Of a DNA stretch of 57,430 bases, positions 8,907-18,603 are shown one piece after another. The translations under genes and the position numbers were made by a program. The stretch comes from an uncultured bacterium (GTDB taxonomy: Bacteria; UBP14; UBA6098; B30-G16), in NCBI GenBank assembly GCA_965552135.1, contig CBEVQY010000016.1, positions 1 through 57,430 on the forward strand, given 5' to 3'. The notes under the pieces were generated by a model. The model saw only the letters and a list, made by a program, of their open reading frames with translations, did no database searches and was not told the DNA's origin. Every line of letters begins with the position of its first letter. Position 1 is the first letter of the stretch.

Positions 8907-9440
8907 TCAGGCGCGCTTGACGAGCACAACGGCATCCTCGCCGTCGGTCTCGACCGTTCGAACCTCGATGTACTCGTCGCTTCGGACGTCGATGCGTCTG
9001 CCGACGTAGTCGGGGCAGATGGGGAGCTCGCGACCGCCCCGGTCGATAAGCACCGCAAGCTGGATCGACCTGGGGCGACCGAAGTCGAGTATCACGTCGA
9101 TGGCGGCGCGGACGGTACGACCGGTATAGAGCACGTCGTCGACGAGAACGACGTCCCTGCCCGTCACGTCGAACTGGATCTCGGAGCCCTTGGCGAACGG
9201 AAGGTCCACAAGCTCGCGGAAGTCGTCGCGGTAGAGGGTTATGTCCACCGTGCCCACCGGTGGAGAGACCCCCTCAAGCTCGGATATCCTTTTGGCGATG
9301 CGGCGCGCAAGGTCCACGCCGCGGCGCCTTATGCCGACTATGCCGAGCATGCCCAAAGACTCGTTGCGCTCTATTATCTGGTGAACTATCCTTCCGAGGC
9401 TGCGGGATATGGCGACCCTGTCGAGCAGAACGCGGGACAT
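8907..9440 (-). CDS. pyrR: Bifunctional pyrimidine regulator / uracil phosphoribosyltransferase PyrR
   Basis: GIRRRGV, DITLYRDD, VVLVDDVLYTGRTVRAA and LIDRGGRELPI; RBS AGGAGG. Confidence 0.95.
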   Translation of the reverse strand: MSRVLLDRVAISRSLGRIVHQIIERNESLGMLGIVGIRRRGVDLARRIAKRISELEGVSPPVGTVDITLYRDDFRELVDLPFAKGSEIQFDVTGRDVVLVDDVLYTGRTVRAAIDVILDFGRPRSIQLAVLIDRGGRELPICPDYVGRRIDVRSDEYIEVRTVETDGEDAVVLVKRA

Positions 9441-9583
9441 CTCACCTCCTTGAGTGTGGACAGCCTATAAAAACGGCGCACCTTCACCGGCGCGCAACCG
9501 ATTTCCGAAAACTCGCAAAAATCTTTTGAACAGAAAGCCTTCGACCTTAACTTTGATTTGGGGTTCGCGTAAGGAGGGGCAGA

Positions 9584-12088
9584 ATGCAGGCTGTTATAAT
9601 GGCGGGGGGTTTCGGCACAAGGCTCCATCCTTTGACCTACAAGCGTCCGAAGCCGATGGTGCCCGTCGTCGGCGCGCCGATGATGGAACACATAGTCAAG
9701 CTGCTCAAGCGGAACGGCTTCCGCGAAGCCATCGCGCTTTTGTACTATCACGGCGATATGATAAGCGGCTATTTCGGCGACGGCTCTCGCTTCGGCGTCG
9801 AGATGAAGTACAAGTTCGCCGAAAGCGACCTGGGCACCGCAGGAAGCGTCCGCAACGCGTCGGAGCTTATTGCGGGGCGGTTTCTCGTCATATCCGCAGA
9901 TGTCTTAACCGACTTCGACCTTATGGATGCCGTTAGGTTTCACGAGGAGCGCGGCGCGCTGGCGACGATCGTCCTTACGCGGCACCCAACGCCCCTGCAG
10001 TTCGGCATCGTCATCGTCGACGACGAGGGACGCATAACACGATTCCTCGAAAAACCCGCATGGGGGCAGGTATTCTCCGACACGATAAACACGGGGATCT
10101 ACATCCTCGAACCCGAGGTGCTTGACTGGATCCCCCAGGGCGAGTTCTTCGATTTCTCCCAAAACCTCTTCCCCCGCCTTCTTGATGCGGGCGAAAAGCT
10201 TTACGGATACATTGCGCCCGGCTACTGGCGCGACGTGGGCAACCTGAGGGAGTATCGTCGCGCAAACGAGGACGCCCTCTGGGAGCGCGTCAAGCTCGAC
10301 TTCCCCGGGGAGCTCGTCAAGGTTGGCGACGCCGAGGTTTGGGTGGGCGAGGGCGCGCAGTATGACCCGGAGGCGAAGTTCGAGGGTCGCGTTCTTCTTG
10401 GTGCGGGAAGCCAGGTCGACAAGGGCGCGCTCCTGCGCAACAGCGTCGTCGGCAGGGGGACGAAAATAGGTCCCGGCGCATGTGTGGAGCAGACGGTGCT
10501 CTGGGACGACGTTGTCGTCGGAGGAGCCGCGCAAATCCAAAACGCAACCATAGCCTCGGGCGTCACCATAGGCGATAGGGCGACGATCCAGGAGCACGTC
10601 GTCGTTGCCGACGACTGCAGGATAGGCAACGACGTCACCGTCTTTGCGGGGGTCAAGCTTTGGCCCGACAAAAGGGTCGACGACAGAGCGGTGATAACCG
10701 AGTCGGTGATATGGGCGGATAGGGTGGGCGGCGAGCTTTTCACGAGATCGAGGATAAGCGGCGTTATAAACTGGGAGCTTTCGCCCGAGTTTGTGAGCAA
10801 GGTTGGCGCTGCCCTTGGTGCCACTCTGGGCAAGTCGGGCGCCGTCGTCATATCGCGTGACCCCGACAGGGCAAGCCAGATTGCGGCAAGAGCGCTCCTT
10901 TGCGGGATCATGTCCTCGGGCGTCGATGTGGAGGACCTCGGTCTTGTGCCGATACCGCTTACGAGGCAGTACCTTGCCCGAAACCCGCGAGCCGCAGGCG
11001 TCCACATCCGAAAATCGCCCTACAACCCCAAGCAGCAGGACCTCATATTCCTCGCGGGCGACGGGATGGACCTCCCCACACGCAGCTGCAGGAAGATAGA
11101 GCAGCTTCTTGCCCGCGAGGGCATCCCGCGCGCCGACTACGAAAACCTCGGAAGACTCTCACACCCAAGCGGGCTTGTCGAAGCATACAGGAACAAGCTC
11201 CTTGCGCACATAGACGTCGACGCCATAAAGTCCCGGGGCTTCAGGATAGTGATGGACTACGAGTTTGGCGCTGCGGCACAGGTTATGCCGCCCATAAACG
11301 AGCGCGTTGGCGCAGAGGTCATCCCCCTCAACGCGTACGTCGATCCCAATCACCTCACGAAGCCCCGCAGCGAGCGCGAGCAGGCGTTCCAAAGGCTTGC
11401 CGCTATCGTCAAAACGCTTGGCGCCCAGGTGGGCTTCGCCATAGATCCCGTCGGCGAAAGGCTCACCATTTGCGACGAAAACGGCAACATCTACAAGGAC
11501 AACGAGGTCCTCTACATCGTCACCAAGCTCTACCTTTCGCAGCACAGACCTCAGGCGATAGCGGTTCCGATATCGGCTACGATGGGCGTTAACTTCGTTG
11601 CGCGGGAGCACGGCGTCAGGGTCATACGCACCAGAGACGACCACCTCGCCATGATGGAGGCGGCCAAGAACCCCGAGGTCTCCTTCGTCGGCGGGACGCG
11701 AGGTGGATTTATATTCACCGACTTCGGCTTCGCCTGCGACGCAATGTTTGCGGCGATAAAGGTGCTCGAGCTTCTGGCGAAGGCGGGCAAAAGCCTGTCG
11801 GATGTCGCCTCGACCATGCCGAAGTTCGCGTGGATAAAGCACGAGGTCCAGTGCCCCTGGCACGCGAAGGGAAAGGTGATGCGATCCCTCATCGAGTACA
11901 CAGAAAAGTTCCCGCGGGAGGTGATCGACGGCGTTCGGGTCATAAAGTCCGATTCGTGGATACTCGTTCTCCCCGATGCCGAAAGACCGGTCTTCCACCT
12001 CCTCGCCGAGGGGAAGACCGAGGGTGCGGCGCAGGCACTTGTGGATCAGTACACGGAGCTTATCGAGAGATGGCAAAGGGATGGCTAA
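9584..12088 (+). CDS. Mannose-1-phosphate guanylyltransferase with hexapeptide repeats and a C-terminal phosphomannomutase-like region
   Basis: AVIMAGGFGTRLHPLT..PKPM NTP-transferase motif, left-handed beta-helix repeats and PGM/PMM-like domains; 834 aa. Confidence 0.9.
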   Translation: MQAVIMAGGFGTRLHPLTYKRPKPMVPVVGAPMMEHIVKLLKRNGFREAIALLYYHGDMISGYFGDGSRFGVEMKYKFAESDLGTAGSVRNASELIAGRFLVISADVLTDFDLMDAVRFHEERGALATIVLTRHPTPLQFGIVIVDDEGRITRFLEKPAWGQVFSDTINTGIYILEPEVLDWIPQGEFFDFSQNLFPRLLDAGEKLYGYIAPGYWRDVGNLREYRRANEDALWERVKLDFPGELVKVGDAEVWVGEGAQYDPEAKFEGRVLLGAGSQVDKGALLRNSVVGRGTKIGPGACVEQTVLWDDVVVGGAAQIQNATIASGVTIGDRATIQEHVVVADDCRIGNDVTVFAGVKLWPDKRVDDRAVITESVIWADRVGGELFTRSRISGVINWELSPEFVSKVGAALGATLGKSGAVVISRDPDRASQIAARALLCGIMSSGVDVEDLGLVPIPLTRQYLARNPRAAGVHIRKSPYNPKQQDLIFLAGDGMDLPTRSCRKIEQLLAREGIPRADYENLGRLSHPSGLVEAYRNKLLAHIDVDAIKSRGFRIVMDYEFGAAAQVMPPINERVGAEVIPLNAYVDPNHLTKPRSEREQAFQRLAAIVKTLGAQVGFAIDPVGERLTICDENGNIYKDNEVLYIVTKLYLSQHRPQAIAVPISATMGVNFVAREHGVRVIRTRDDHLAMMEAAKNPEVSFVGGTRGGFIFTDFGFACDAMFAAIKVLELLAKAGKSLSDVASTMPKFAWIKHEVQCPWHAKGKVMRSLIEYTEKFPREVIDGVRVIKSDSWILVLPDAERPVFHLLAEGKTEGAAQALVDQYTELIERWQRDG

Positions 12089-12885
12089 AACTTTCGATCT
12101 TGGCGGCGATTTCGGCGGCTTTTTTGGCTTCGTGCGAGTTCCCCGAAACGCAGGACGAGTTTAACGGTCCGCAGCTTGCGGTCTGGGCGCTGTTTGCGGC
12201 GGACGAAGAGCCAAAGGTCTTCCTCACCGAGGCAATGCCGTTCGAGCCGGGCGACACCCTGCCCCGAAAAAGCTTCGTCCACTCGGCAAGTGTAACGCTT
12301 TCCTGCGGCGATACGGCGGTAACGCTTGCCGAGCAGTACGACGGCTACAGCTACTTCTACGCCCCCTCCGATAGCTTCAAGCTCGAGGCGGAAAGAAGCT
12401 ACACCCTCGCGGTCTCAAGCGAGGCTGGGAGCTTTTCGAAAGGCTTTACCGTTCCCCCAAAGCCTTCGTTCTCGATATCTCCCGACACAGCCTTCTTCGA
12501 TAACTCCTCCTCCGTCGCCTTCGTTTTGACCCTATCCGTCGACGAGGTCGGCGAGTACGCCGTCGAGATCGAGCTTTTGGAGGACGAGGGCTATCCGCTT
12601 CCCGACAGCATCTGGTGGTCGGCAAGCTGTCCGGAGCTTCGCTGGAAGGGCGATGTGGCGCCGCAGGAGATCAGGCTTGGGTGGTGCCACTTCTTCATGG
12701 AGGGCTGCTACAACATCACGGTCTGCGCGAGGGATGAGGAATACTCGCGCTACCTCGACCACCTGGAGTACGACTACGACGACGAGGGCGACGACTACAG
12801 ACCCCCCACAGGCGGCGATGGCTATATCGGCGTTGTGGGCGCATGCTCGCAGAAGACCGACACGGTTTGGGTCTTCATAAGATAG
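12070..12885 (+). CDS. Lipoprotein, DUF4249-like
   Basis: Start MAKGWLKLSILAAISAAFLASC with a lipobox; KVFLT, A.VTLS, YTL.V and C-terminal GDGYIGVVGA. Confidence 0.65.
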   Translation: MAKGWLKLSILAAISAAFLASCEFPETQDEFNGPQLAVWALFAADEEPKVFLTEAMPFEPGDTLPRKSFVHSASVTLSCGDTAVTLAEQYDGYSYFYAPSDSFKLEAERSYTLAVSSEAGSFSKGFTVPPKPSFSISPDTAFFDNSSSVAFVLTLSVDEVGEYAVEIELLEDEGYPLPDSIWWSASCPELRWKGDVAPQEIRLGWCHFFMEGCYNITVCARDEEYSRYLDHLEYDYDDEGDDYRPPTGGDGYIGVVGACSQKTDTVWVFIR

Positions 12886-12901
12886 CACGCGGAGGTTCGA
12901 T

Positions 12902-13570
12902 ATGGGGAGCGAAAGCTTTCTTGTTTGCGCGTTGCTTTTGTTGTTGGCGTGGGGGTGTGCCGCAAGCGAGGTTGAGGAGATAAGGCTTCCGCCGCCGAGG
13001 CACAGGGGCGAGATGTCGGTTGAGGAGGCGATAAGTCGCCGCCGGAGCTGCCGCGACTTTTCGCCACAGCCTCTGACGCTCGCACAGCTTGCCCAGCTCC
13101 TTTGGGCGTGTCAGGGGATAACGGACAGCATCCGTGGTTTCAGGGCTGCGCCGTCGGCGGGCGCAACGTATCCGTTCGAGACGTACGTGGTCGTCGGCGC
13201 GGTCGAAGGGCTGAAGCCCGGGCTATACCGCTACAACGTCCGCAAGCACGCTCTGGAGCTTTTGCGCGCAGGCGACATCCGCGCAAAACTCGCGAGGGCA
13301 TGCCTTTCGCAGGACTTCATAGCCTCGGCGCCGGCGACCATAGTCCTTGCTGCGGAGTACGAACGGACCACGCGCCGCTACGGAGAACGCGGATACAGAT
13401 ACGTCGCCATGGAGGCAGGACACATAGGCGAAAACCTCCACCTCCAGTGCGAGGCGCTCGGGCTCGGGACGGTGATGGTGGGTGCGTTCTTCGACAACGA
13501 GGTCAAGGAGCTCCTCGGCGTTCCCGAGGAGCCGCTTTACGTGATGCCGGTCGGTAAGCCCGCAAGATAA
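12902..13570 (+). CDS. SagB/ThcOx-family dehydrogenase (nitroreductase fold) with an N-terminal hydrophobic leader
   Basis: RRRSCRDF, RAAPSAGATYP, EAGHIGENLHL and GTVMVGAF. Confidence 0.9.
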   Translation: MGSESFLVCALLLLLAWGCAASEVEEIRLPPPRHRGEMSVEEAISRRRSCRDFSPQPLTLAQLAQLLWACQGITDSIRGFRAAPSAGATYPFETYVVVGAVEGLKPGLYRYNVRKHALELLRAGDIRAKLARACLSQDFIASAPATIVLAAEYERTTRRYGERGYRYVAMEAGHIGENLHLQCEALGLGTVMVGAFFDNEVKELLGVPEEPLYVMPVGKPAR

Positions 13571-13583
13571 GGGACATTTCGCC

Positions 13584-14276
13584 ATGAGCGCCTTTGGGGG
13601 CACGCTTGCCGTCGTTTTAGTCTCGGGCGGGATGGACAGCGCCACGGCGCTTGGAATCGCCGCAAGGGAGGGTCACAGGCTTGCGCTTCTGCACTTCGAC
13701 TACGGACACAGGAGCCGCCACAGGGAGCGCGAGGCGTTCGAGGCGCTGGCGGCGCACTTCCGCGCCGAGGCAAAGCTTGTCGTAAGCCTCGACTTCCTGA
13801 GGCAAATCGGCGGCTCCGCCCTGACCGACGAGCGCATCCCCGTCCCCAAGCGCGCACCCAGGGAGGGCGAAATCCCTCCGACGTACGTCCCCTTCCGAAA
13901 CGGCATAATGCTTTCGATCGCTGCGGCCTGGGCCGAGGTTTTGGGTGCGAAGAAGATCTTCGCTGGCTTCGTCGAGGAGGACAGCTCGGGTTATCCCGAC
14001 TGCCGCGAGGTCTTCGTCGATGCTATGGAGCGCGCCGTAAATCTGGGCAGAAAGCCCGAGGCGGCTGTGGAGATCGTAGCGCCGCTTCTGCACATGTCCA
14101 AGCCGCAGATCGTAAAGCTCGGCGCGGAGCTTGGTGTGCCCTATGAGCTCACTTGGTCGTGCTACGAGGGCGGTTCGGTTCACTGCGGCGAGTGCCCAGC
14201 CTGCAGACTGCGCAAAAAAGCCTTCAGGCTCGCCGGAGTGAAGGACCCAACGAAGTACGCGGGCGGATCTACCTGA
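13584..14276 (+). CDS. queC: 7-cyano-7-deazaguanine synthase
   Basis: SGGMDS, TYVPFRN, YPDCR and TWSCY..CGECPAC. Confidence 0.96.
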   Translation: MSAFGGTLAVVLVSGGMDSATALGIAAREGHRLALLHFDYGHRSRHREREAFEALAAHFRAEAKLVVSLDFLRQIGGSALTDERIPVPKRAPREGEIPPTYVPFRNGIMLSIAAAWAEVLGAKKIFAGFVEEDSSGYPDCREVFVDAMERAVNLGRKPEAAVEIVAPLLHMSKPQIVKLGAELGVPYELTWSCYEGGSVHCGECPACRLRKKAFRLAGVKDPTKYAGGST

Positions 14277-15228
14277 TGTGGACGATCCTTGTTGTTGCGG
14301 TTTGGTTCCCGCACCGCAGCACGCCAACAAGAACTCCTGCGGGAAGGCTCCGCGGAAGTTCCACTGCTCCCTCGCCTGCGACGGTCCTTGCGAGGATCAG
14401 GCGTCCCGAAAGGTCCCAAAGTTCAACCCTGCCTGGGGCGGGCGCGAAGTAGGTCATCTTTGAGCGGAAGCGGAAGGGGTTTGGCTTGCATCTCAGCGCT
14501 GGAGCCAAGGCTTCGGGCGCATCGTCGACCCTCGCCGGCGGGATGTAGACGTCGACGCCCGTGGCGAACCTGTCGCCGCCGCCCGCAAAAACCACAGGAC
14601 CCCAGCCCGAAGTGTCCACGCTCGTGTAGTAAACTCCGGGCTCGAGAAGCTCCGGCTCCCAGACGTCGTTGCCGTTGAGGTCGGCGAAGAACTCAAGCGT
14701 TTTAAAGCCCGAGGGAACGACGATGGCGTAGTCGTGCGCGCCGGCGACATACACCCCCTCGAAAACCGGCGAGCCGCTCATGATGTCGTATACGTTCACC
14801 TTGACGCATGATACATCGCCCCCGTAGGTGATGTGCCCGCCGATCGTTCCCACGGTATCGAGCTCGACGTCGACGCCCGATGCGTTGCCGCCGAAGGTGT
14901 AGACGTCCTCGGGGTGCATCCCCATCGGGTCGCCCGAGGCTGGGGCTGGATCGAATGGGTCGGTCACCTTGACGCCGTACACGACGTAGGGCAACCCGTC
15001 GGTGAAGTCGCCGTCGATGGAGTATGGTCCGGGCATAAAGAGGGTGGCCATCGGCAGGGAGGCGAAGTCGATGCTGTCGCCTGCGGCGATGGCTGCAAGC
15101 TCCTCTGGACCCAAAGCCACCACCGCGTAGGCGCCCAGGCCGTCGGGCGGGTAGATCAGTTCTCCGCTTATCGTCCCCGCGGCCGCAGCGCCAACGACAA
15201 ACACCGCAAGCCAAAGCACCCTGAACAT
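14269..15228 (-). CDS. Secreted protein with a T9SS type-A-like C-terminal sorting domain
   Basis: Signal peptide, acidic beta-rich body with a DLNGND loop, and C-terminus PNPF...WDLSGRL...LPAGV...TRIVHIR. Confidence 0.7.
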   Translation of the reverse strand: MFRVLWLAVFVVGAAAAGTISGELIYPPDGLGAYAVVALGPEELAAIAAGDSIDFASLPMATLFMPGPYSIDGDFTDGLPYVVYGVKVTDPFDPAPASGDPMGMHPEDVYTFGGNASGVDVELDTVGTIGGHITYGGDVSCVKVNVYDIMSGSPVFEGVYVAGAHDYAIVVPSGFKTLEFFADLNGNDVWEPELLEPGVYYTSVDTSGWGPVVFAGGGDRFATGVDVYIPPARVDDAPEALAPALRCKPNPFRFRSKMTYFAPAPGRVELWDLSGRLILARTVAGEGAVELPRSLPAGVLVGVLRCGNQTATTRIVHIR

Positions 15229-15248
15229 CTCAACACCTCCGGTTCAAG

Positions 15249-15773
15249 CTAAAGCTCGATGTCTATGCTTCCCTCCATCCCTCCGCCGAGCTTAAGCCCG
15301 CCGGAGCTTGGGTCGGTTATGTCCTGGAGGTCGTATTCGACTTCGACGTTGAGGGAGAATCCGCCGGGCGCCTTGACCGATATCCCCAGGGCGGCTTGGA
15401 TTCCCGCCGTCGCCGAGAAGGCATCTCCGCGCTGCTTAAGGTATGCGCCGAAGCCAGCGCTGGCGTAAGGGTCTACCATCCTTCTGCCAAGCGGGTGGAA
15501 CTCGCCGTTGAGCTGAACGGGCACAAGCGTCACCACATCCTCGTCCTCGGAGTACTGGGTCCAGCCGACGGCAAGCTCGGCGGAGACCACCTTCGACAGG
15601 GAGTACTTCGCGGATACCTCGAAAAGCAGGGTGGAGCTCACATCCCCCGGCGGGTCGTAAGTCGAGACGTCGACGCTTATGGTCAGTTTGCCCCGCTTGC
15701 CCCTGCGGGCGTAAGCCGTGCCGAAAAGGACACCAAAACACAAAAGCAAAAACACCGCGCGCCTAACGGTCAT
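15249..15773 (-). CDS. Outer-membrane beta-barrel protein (OmpA/OmpW-like, 8-strand type)
   Basis: Signal peptide, alternating beta-strands and the motif VDPYASAGFGAY. Confidence 0.7.
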   Translation of the reverse strand: MTVRRAVFLLLCFGVLFGTAYARRGKRGKLTISVDVSTYDPPGDVSSTLLFEVSAKYSLSKVVSAELAVGWTQYSEDEDVVTLVPVQLNGEFHPLGRRMVDPYASAGFGAYLKQRGDAFSATAGIQAALGISVKAPGGFSLNVEVEYDLQDITDPSSGGLKLGGGMEGSIDIEL

Positions 15774-15803
15774 CGACCCTCCTCCGTGGTGGGTTTCGCC
15801 TTT

Positions 15804-15832
15804 ATCTTAGCGTGTTTCGTCGCTTAAGGCAA
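15804..15832 (-). promoter_or_regulatory. Putative sigma70-type promoter for the beta-barrel/T9SS-cargo pair
   Basis: TTGCCT-N17-TAAGAT on the minus strand, then the RBS GGAGGAGG. Confidence 0.55.
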
Positions 15833-15843
15833 GGCTGTGTTCG

Positions 15844-16488
15844 TTAAAGCCAGCCGCCGCGGGAGTAGTACTGCGTCCCCCTGACCTCCTCGCGGAGGAT
15901 GTAGTCGATAAGCTGGGCAAGCTGCGCCTCGTCGTCCAGGTCGACCGTGGTGCAGTCGACCACAAGAAGCGGCGTCTGGTCCCAGGCGAAGAAGAAGTTC
16001 AGGTATTCGTCCACAAGCCTTGCCAGAAACTCCTCGGTCATAAACTTTCGCTCAAAAGGTCTCCCCCTCTTTGAGATGTTCCGCACGAGGACCTCCACGG
16101 GCGCCTGGAGGAATATGACGAGCTGGGGCTTGGGGATATCGCGCCTGAGGTGCATTTCGACCTGCCTGTAGAGCCTCATTTCGGCTTCGCCCAGGAGGAT
16201 TTCCGCGTAGAGCCTGTCGCGCTCGAAGATGAAGTCAGCAACGACCGCCTCGTGAAAAAGGTCGACCTCAAAGAGGGTCGTAAGGAGCTTGTATCTCGTC
16301 AAAAGGAAGAAGAGCTGGGTTTGGAATGCGTAGTGAATGGGGTCGCGAAAGAACTTTTCGAGGAACGGGTTTTCGTCGACGGGCGATTCTATGAGCCTTG
16401 CCGAAAGCCTTTCCGCAAGCGCCTTGGCGACTATGCTCTTGCCTGAGCCAACGGGTCCCTCTACGGCGAGGTATCTGGCAGCTGCCAC
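15844..16488 (-). CDS. Deoxynucleoside kinase
   Basis: AVEGPVGSGKS P-loop, ENPFLEKF, AFQTQLFFL and KRGRPFE. Confidence 0.93.
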   Translation of the reverse strand: MAAARYLAVEGPVGSGKSIVAKALAERLSARLIESPVDENPFLEKFFRDPIHYAFQTQLFFLLTRYKLLTTLFEVDLFHEAVVADFIFERDRLYAEILLGEAEMRLYRQVEMHLRRDIPKPQLVIFLQAPVEVLVRNISKRGRPFERKFMTEEFLARLVDEYLNFFFAWDQTPLLVVDCTTVDLDDEAQLAQLIDYILREEVRGTQYYSRGGWL

Positions 16489-16982
16489 CGCGGCACCTCT
16501 TTTTTGCCTATGATGGTCCTAAGCTGTGGCGGCACGCGCACAGCGTACTCCGAAAGCCTAACGCCATCAGTTGGGTGGACCACATCGGGGTCGACCTCGA
16601 CGAGGGGCACGAGGAAGAAATCGCGCAGAAGGAGGTACTTGTGGGGGATGCACAGCTCGGGCGTGTCGATCCTGCGACTGCCGAAGATCAGTATATCGAG
16701 GTCTATAGTTCTTGGCGCCCACTTCCTGCGCCTCTGCCGACCAAGCGAAACCTCGATCTGGCGCAGAATCTCCAAAAGCTCCTCGGGCTCGCCGTCGAAC
16801 TCAACCTTCACAACGGCATTGAGGAACCTTGGCTGTTTCTCGAACCCCCACGGCTCGGTCTCGTACACCGACGATATCGCAACGACCCTGCACTTCCGGG
16901 CAAGCGCCCCAAGGGCTTTGACCAGATTCCCCTCGCGGTCGCCAACGTTGCTGCCAAAGGCGATGTAAACCGTCTCCGACAT
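16461..16982 (-). CDS. folK: 2-amino-4-hydroxy-6-hydroxymethyldihydropteridine pyrophosphokinase
   Basis: FGSNVGDR, SSVYETEPWG and WAPRTIDLDIL. Confidence 0.96.
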   Translation of the reverse strand: MSETVYIAFGSNVGDREGNLVKALGALARKCRVVAISSVYETEPWGFEKQPRFLNAVVKVEFDGEPEELLEILRQIEVSLGRQRRRKWAPRTIDLDILIFGSRRIDTPELCIPHKYLLLRDFFLVPLVEVDPDVVHPTDGVRLSEYAVRVPPQLRTIIGKKEVPRWQLPDTSP

Positions 16983-17344
16983 CAGCGGCGGCGTTCGGTC
17001 TCAACCTCTACCCACTCCATAAACCCCGGAAACGGCGGATGGTTCTTCCTGACTTTGACCACAAGCCTTTGCGCCATCGGAAACCTCTCGAAGAGGAGGT
17101 CCGCGAGACGCTCGGCAACGGTCTCGGTAAGGTGAAAGCGGTTCTTCTGGAAGAACTTCTCCACGGTCCAGTAGAGCGTCTCGTAGTTTACCACCGTCTC
17201 GTCGAGCTTGTCGCGCTTGGCGGGGGTGGCGGTGTCGTACTCGATCTCAACGTCGACCGAATATCTCTTGGCAAGCTCCTTCTCGGCCGGCGTGAGTCCG
17301 TGATACCCGAAAAAGCTCATGTTGTGCATCCGTATGATGCCCAC
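16982..17344 (-). CDS. folB: Dihydroneopterin aldolase
   Basis: FFGYHGL..AEK, VNYE, LTETVAE and VRK..PP; GTG start with GGAGG; directly upstream of folK. Confidence 0.92.
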   Translation of the reverse strand: MGIIRMHNMSFFGYHGLTPAEKELAKRYSVDVEIEYDTATPAKRDKLDETVVNYETLYWTVEKFFQKNRFHLTETVAERLADLLFERFPMAQRLVVKVRKNHPPFPGFMEWVEVETERRR

Positions 17345-17422
17345 GGGCTACCTCCTTGGCAGAACTTGGTTTGGGAAATCTAAAAACGACTCTTTGTGGG
17401 TGCAACCGAAAAAGCAAAACCT

Positions 17423-17451
17423 TTGACCAAAGCGGCGCAGGAAGCTATATT
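17423..17451 (+). promoter_or_regulatory. Putative sigma70-type promoter
   Basis: TTGACC-N17-TATATT upstream of the RBS GGAGG and ATG 17479. Confidence 0.6.
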
Positions 17452-17478
17452 TAGATTTAGCCTTTTGGGGAGGTTTCG

Positions 17479-18594
17479 ATGGGGCACAAGATAGTTCCCG
17501 TAGAAAGCGGTGCGCATCTTGCGGCTTTCATCCGGGTGCCGTGGATCATATATCGCTCCGAGCCCAACTGGGTGCCGCCTCTCAAGGGCGACGAGTTCAG
17601 GCTCCACAACTGGAAGAAGCACCCCTTCTGGAAGCATGCTCGGGCGAGGTACTTCCTCGCCGTCGACAGAGGCAAGCTTTTGGGAAGGATTGCCGCCATC
17701 GTCGACCCAAGGTTTATAGAGTTCCAGGGGTGGAACGTTGGCTACTGGGGTTTTTTCGAGTGCATCGAGAACCAGGGCGTTGCCCAAAGTCTCTTCGAGG
17801 CTGCGGCGGACTGGCTGAGGAAGGAGGGCGTTGAGGGCGCAATAGGTCCGATGAACCCATCCACCAACTACACCTGTGGGCTCCTTGTGGACGGATTCGA
17901 CTCGCCGCCCGTCGTGATGATGCCCTACAACATGCGCTACTACCCCGAGCTCGTGGAGGGGGCGGGGCTTTCGAAGGCGAAGGACCTGCTTGCATGGATA
18001 GTCGACACGCCCGTCGTTCCCGAAAGGCTCGAAAAGCTCGGTCAATACGCCCTGCGCAAGGGAAACTTCACCGTCCGAAAGGTCGACTTCTCCCGACTCG
18101 ACGAGGAAATAAAGCTTCTGCTTTCTGTCTACAACAGCGCCTGGGAGAAGAACTGGGGCTTCGTTCCCATGACGGAGGAGGAGTTTGTGCATACGGCAGC
18201 TGATCTGAAGCTCGTTGCCGACAGGGACCTCGTTTTCGTCGCCGAAGCCGACGGGAAGGCGGTTGGGTTTTCGCTCGCGCTGCCCGACTTCAACCAAGCG
18301 CTCATTCACAACCGAAGCGGAAGACTCTTCCCGTTTGGCATCGTGAAGCTTCTGTGGCACAAGCGCAAAATAAACAGGCTGCGCGTCATAACGATGGGCG
18401 TCGTGGAGGGATACAGAAACCGCGGGATAGACATAGCATTCTATTACCTCACGTTCAAGGAAGGGATACGCAAAGGGTACAGGGCAGCCGAGTGCTCTTG
18501 GATTCTCGAGGACAACGTCCTTATGAATCGCGTCCTCGAGGACATAGGCGCGAGGGTGTACAAGACCTACAGGATATACGAGATGAGGCTTTAG
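17479..18594 (+). CDS. GNAT-fold protein, YghO-like
   Basis: NWVPPL, GRIAA, GFFEC, GLLVDGF, MPYN..YY, AWEKNWGFVP, SWILEDN and YKTYRIY. Confidence 0.85.
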   Translation: MGHKIVPVESGAHLAAFIRVPWIIYRSEPNWVPPLKGDEFRLHNWKKHPFWKHARARYFLAVDRGKLLGRIAAIVDPRFIEFQGWNVGYWGFFECIENQGVAQSLFEAAADWLRKEGVEGAIGPMNPSTNYTCGLLVDGFDSPPVVMMPYNMRYYPELVEGAGLSKAKDLLAWIVDTPVVPERLEKLGQYALRKGNFTVRKVDFSRLDEEIKLLLSVYNSAWEKNWGFVPMTEEEFVHTAADLKLVADRDLVFVAEADGKAVGFSLALPDFNQALIHNRSGRLFPFGIVKLLWHKRKINRLRVITMGVVEGYRNRGIDIAFYYLTFKEGIRKGYRAAECSWILEDNVLMNRVLEDIGARVYKTYRIYEMRL

Positions 18595-18603
18595 GGGGTC
18601 TGT

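Noticed and set aside
12902..13570. SagB-family gene, with the radical SAM gene, as a RiPP cluster
   Set aside because: There is no YcaO, precursor peptide or clustering, and stand-alone SagB-like nitroreductases are common.
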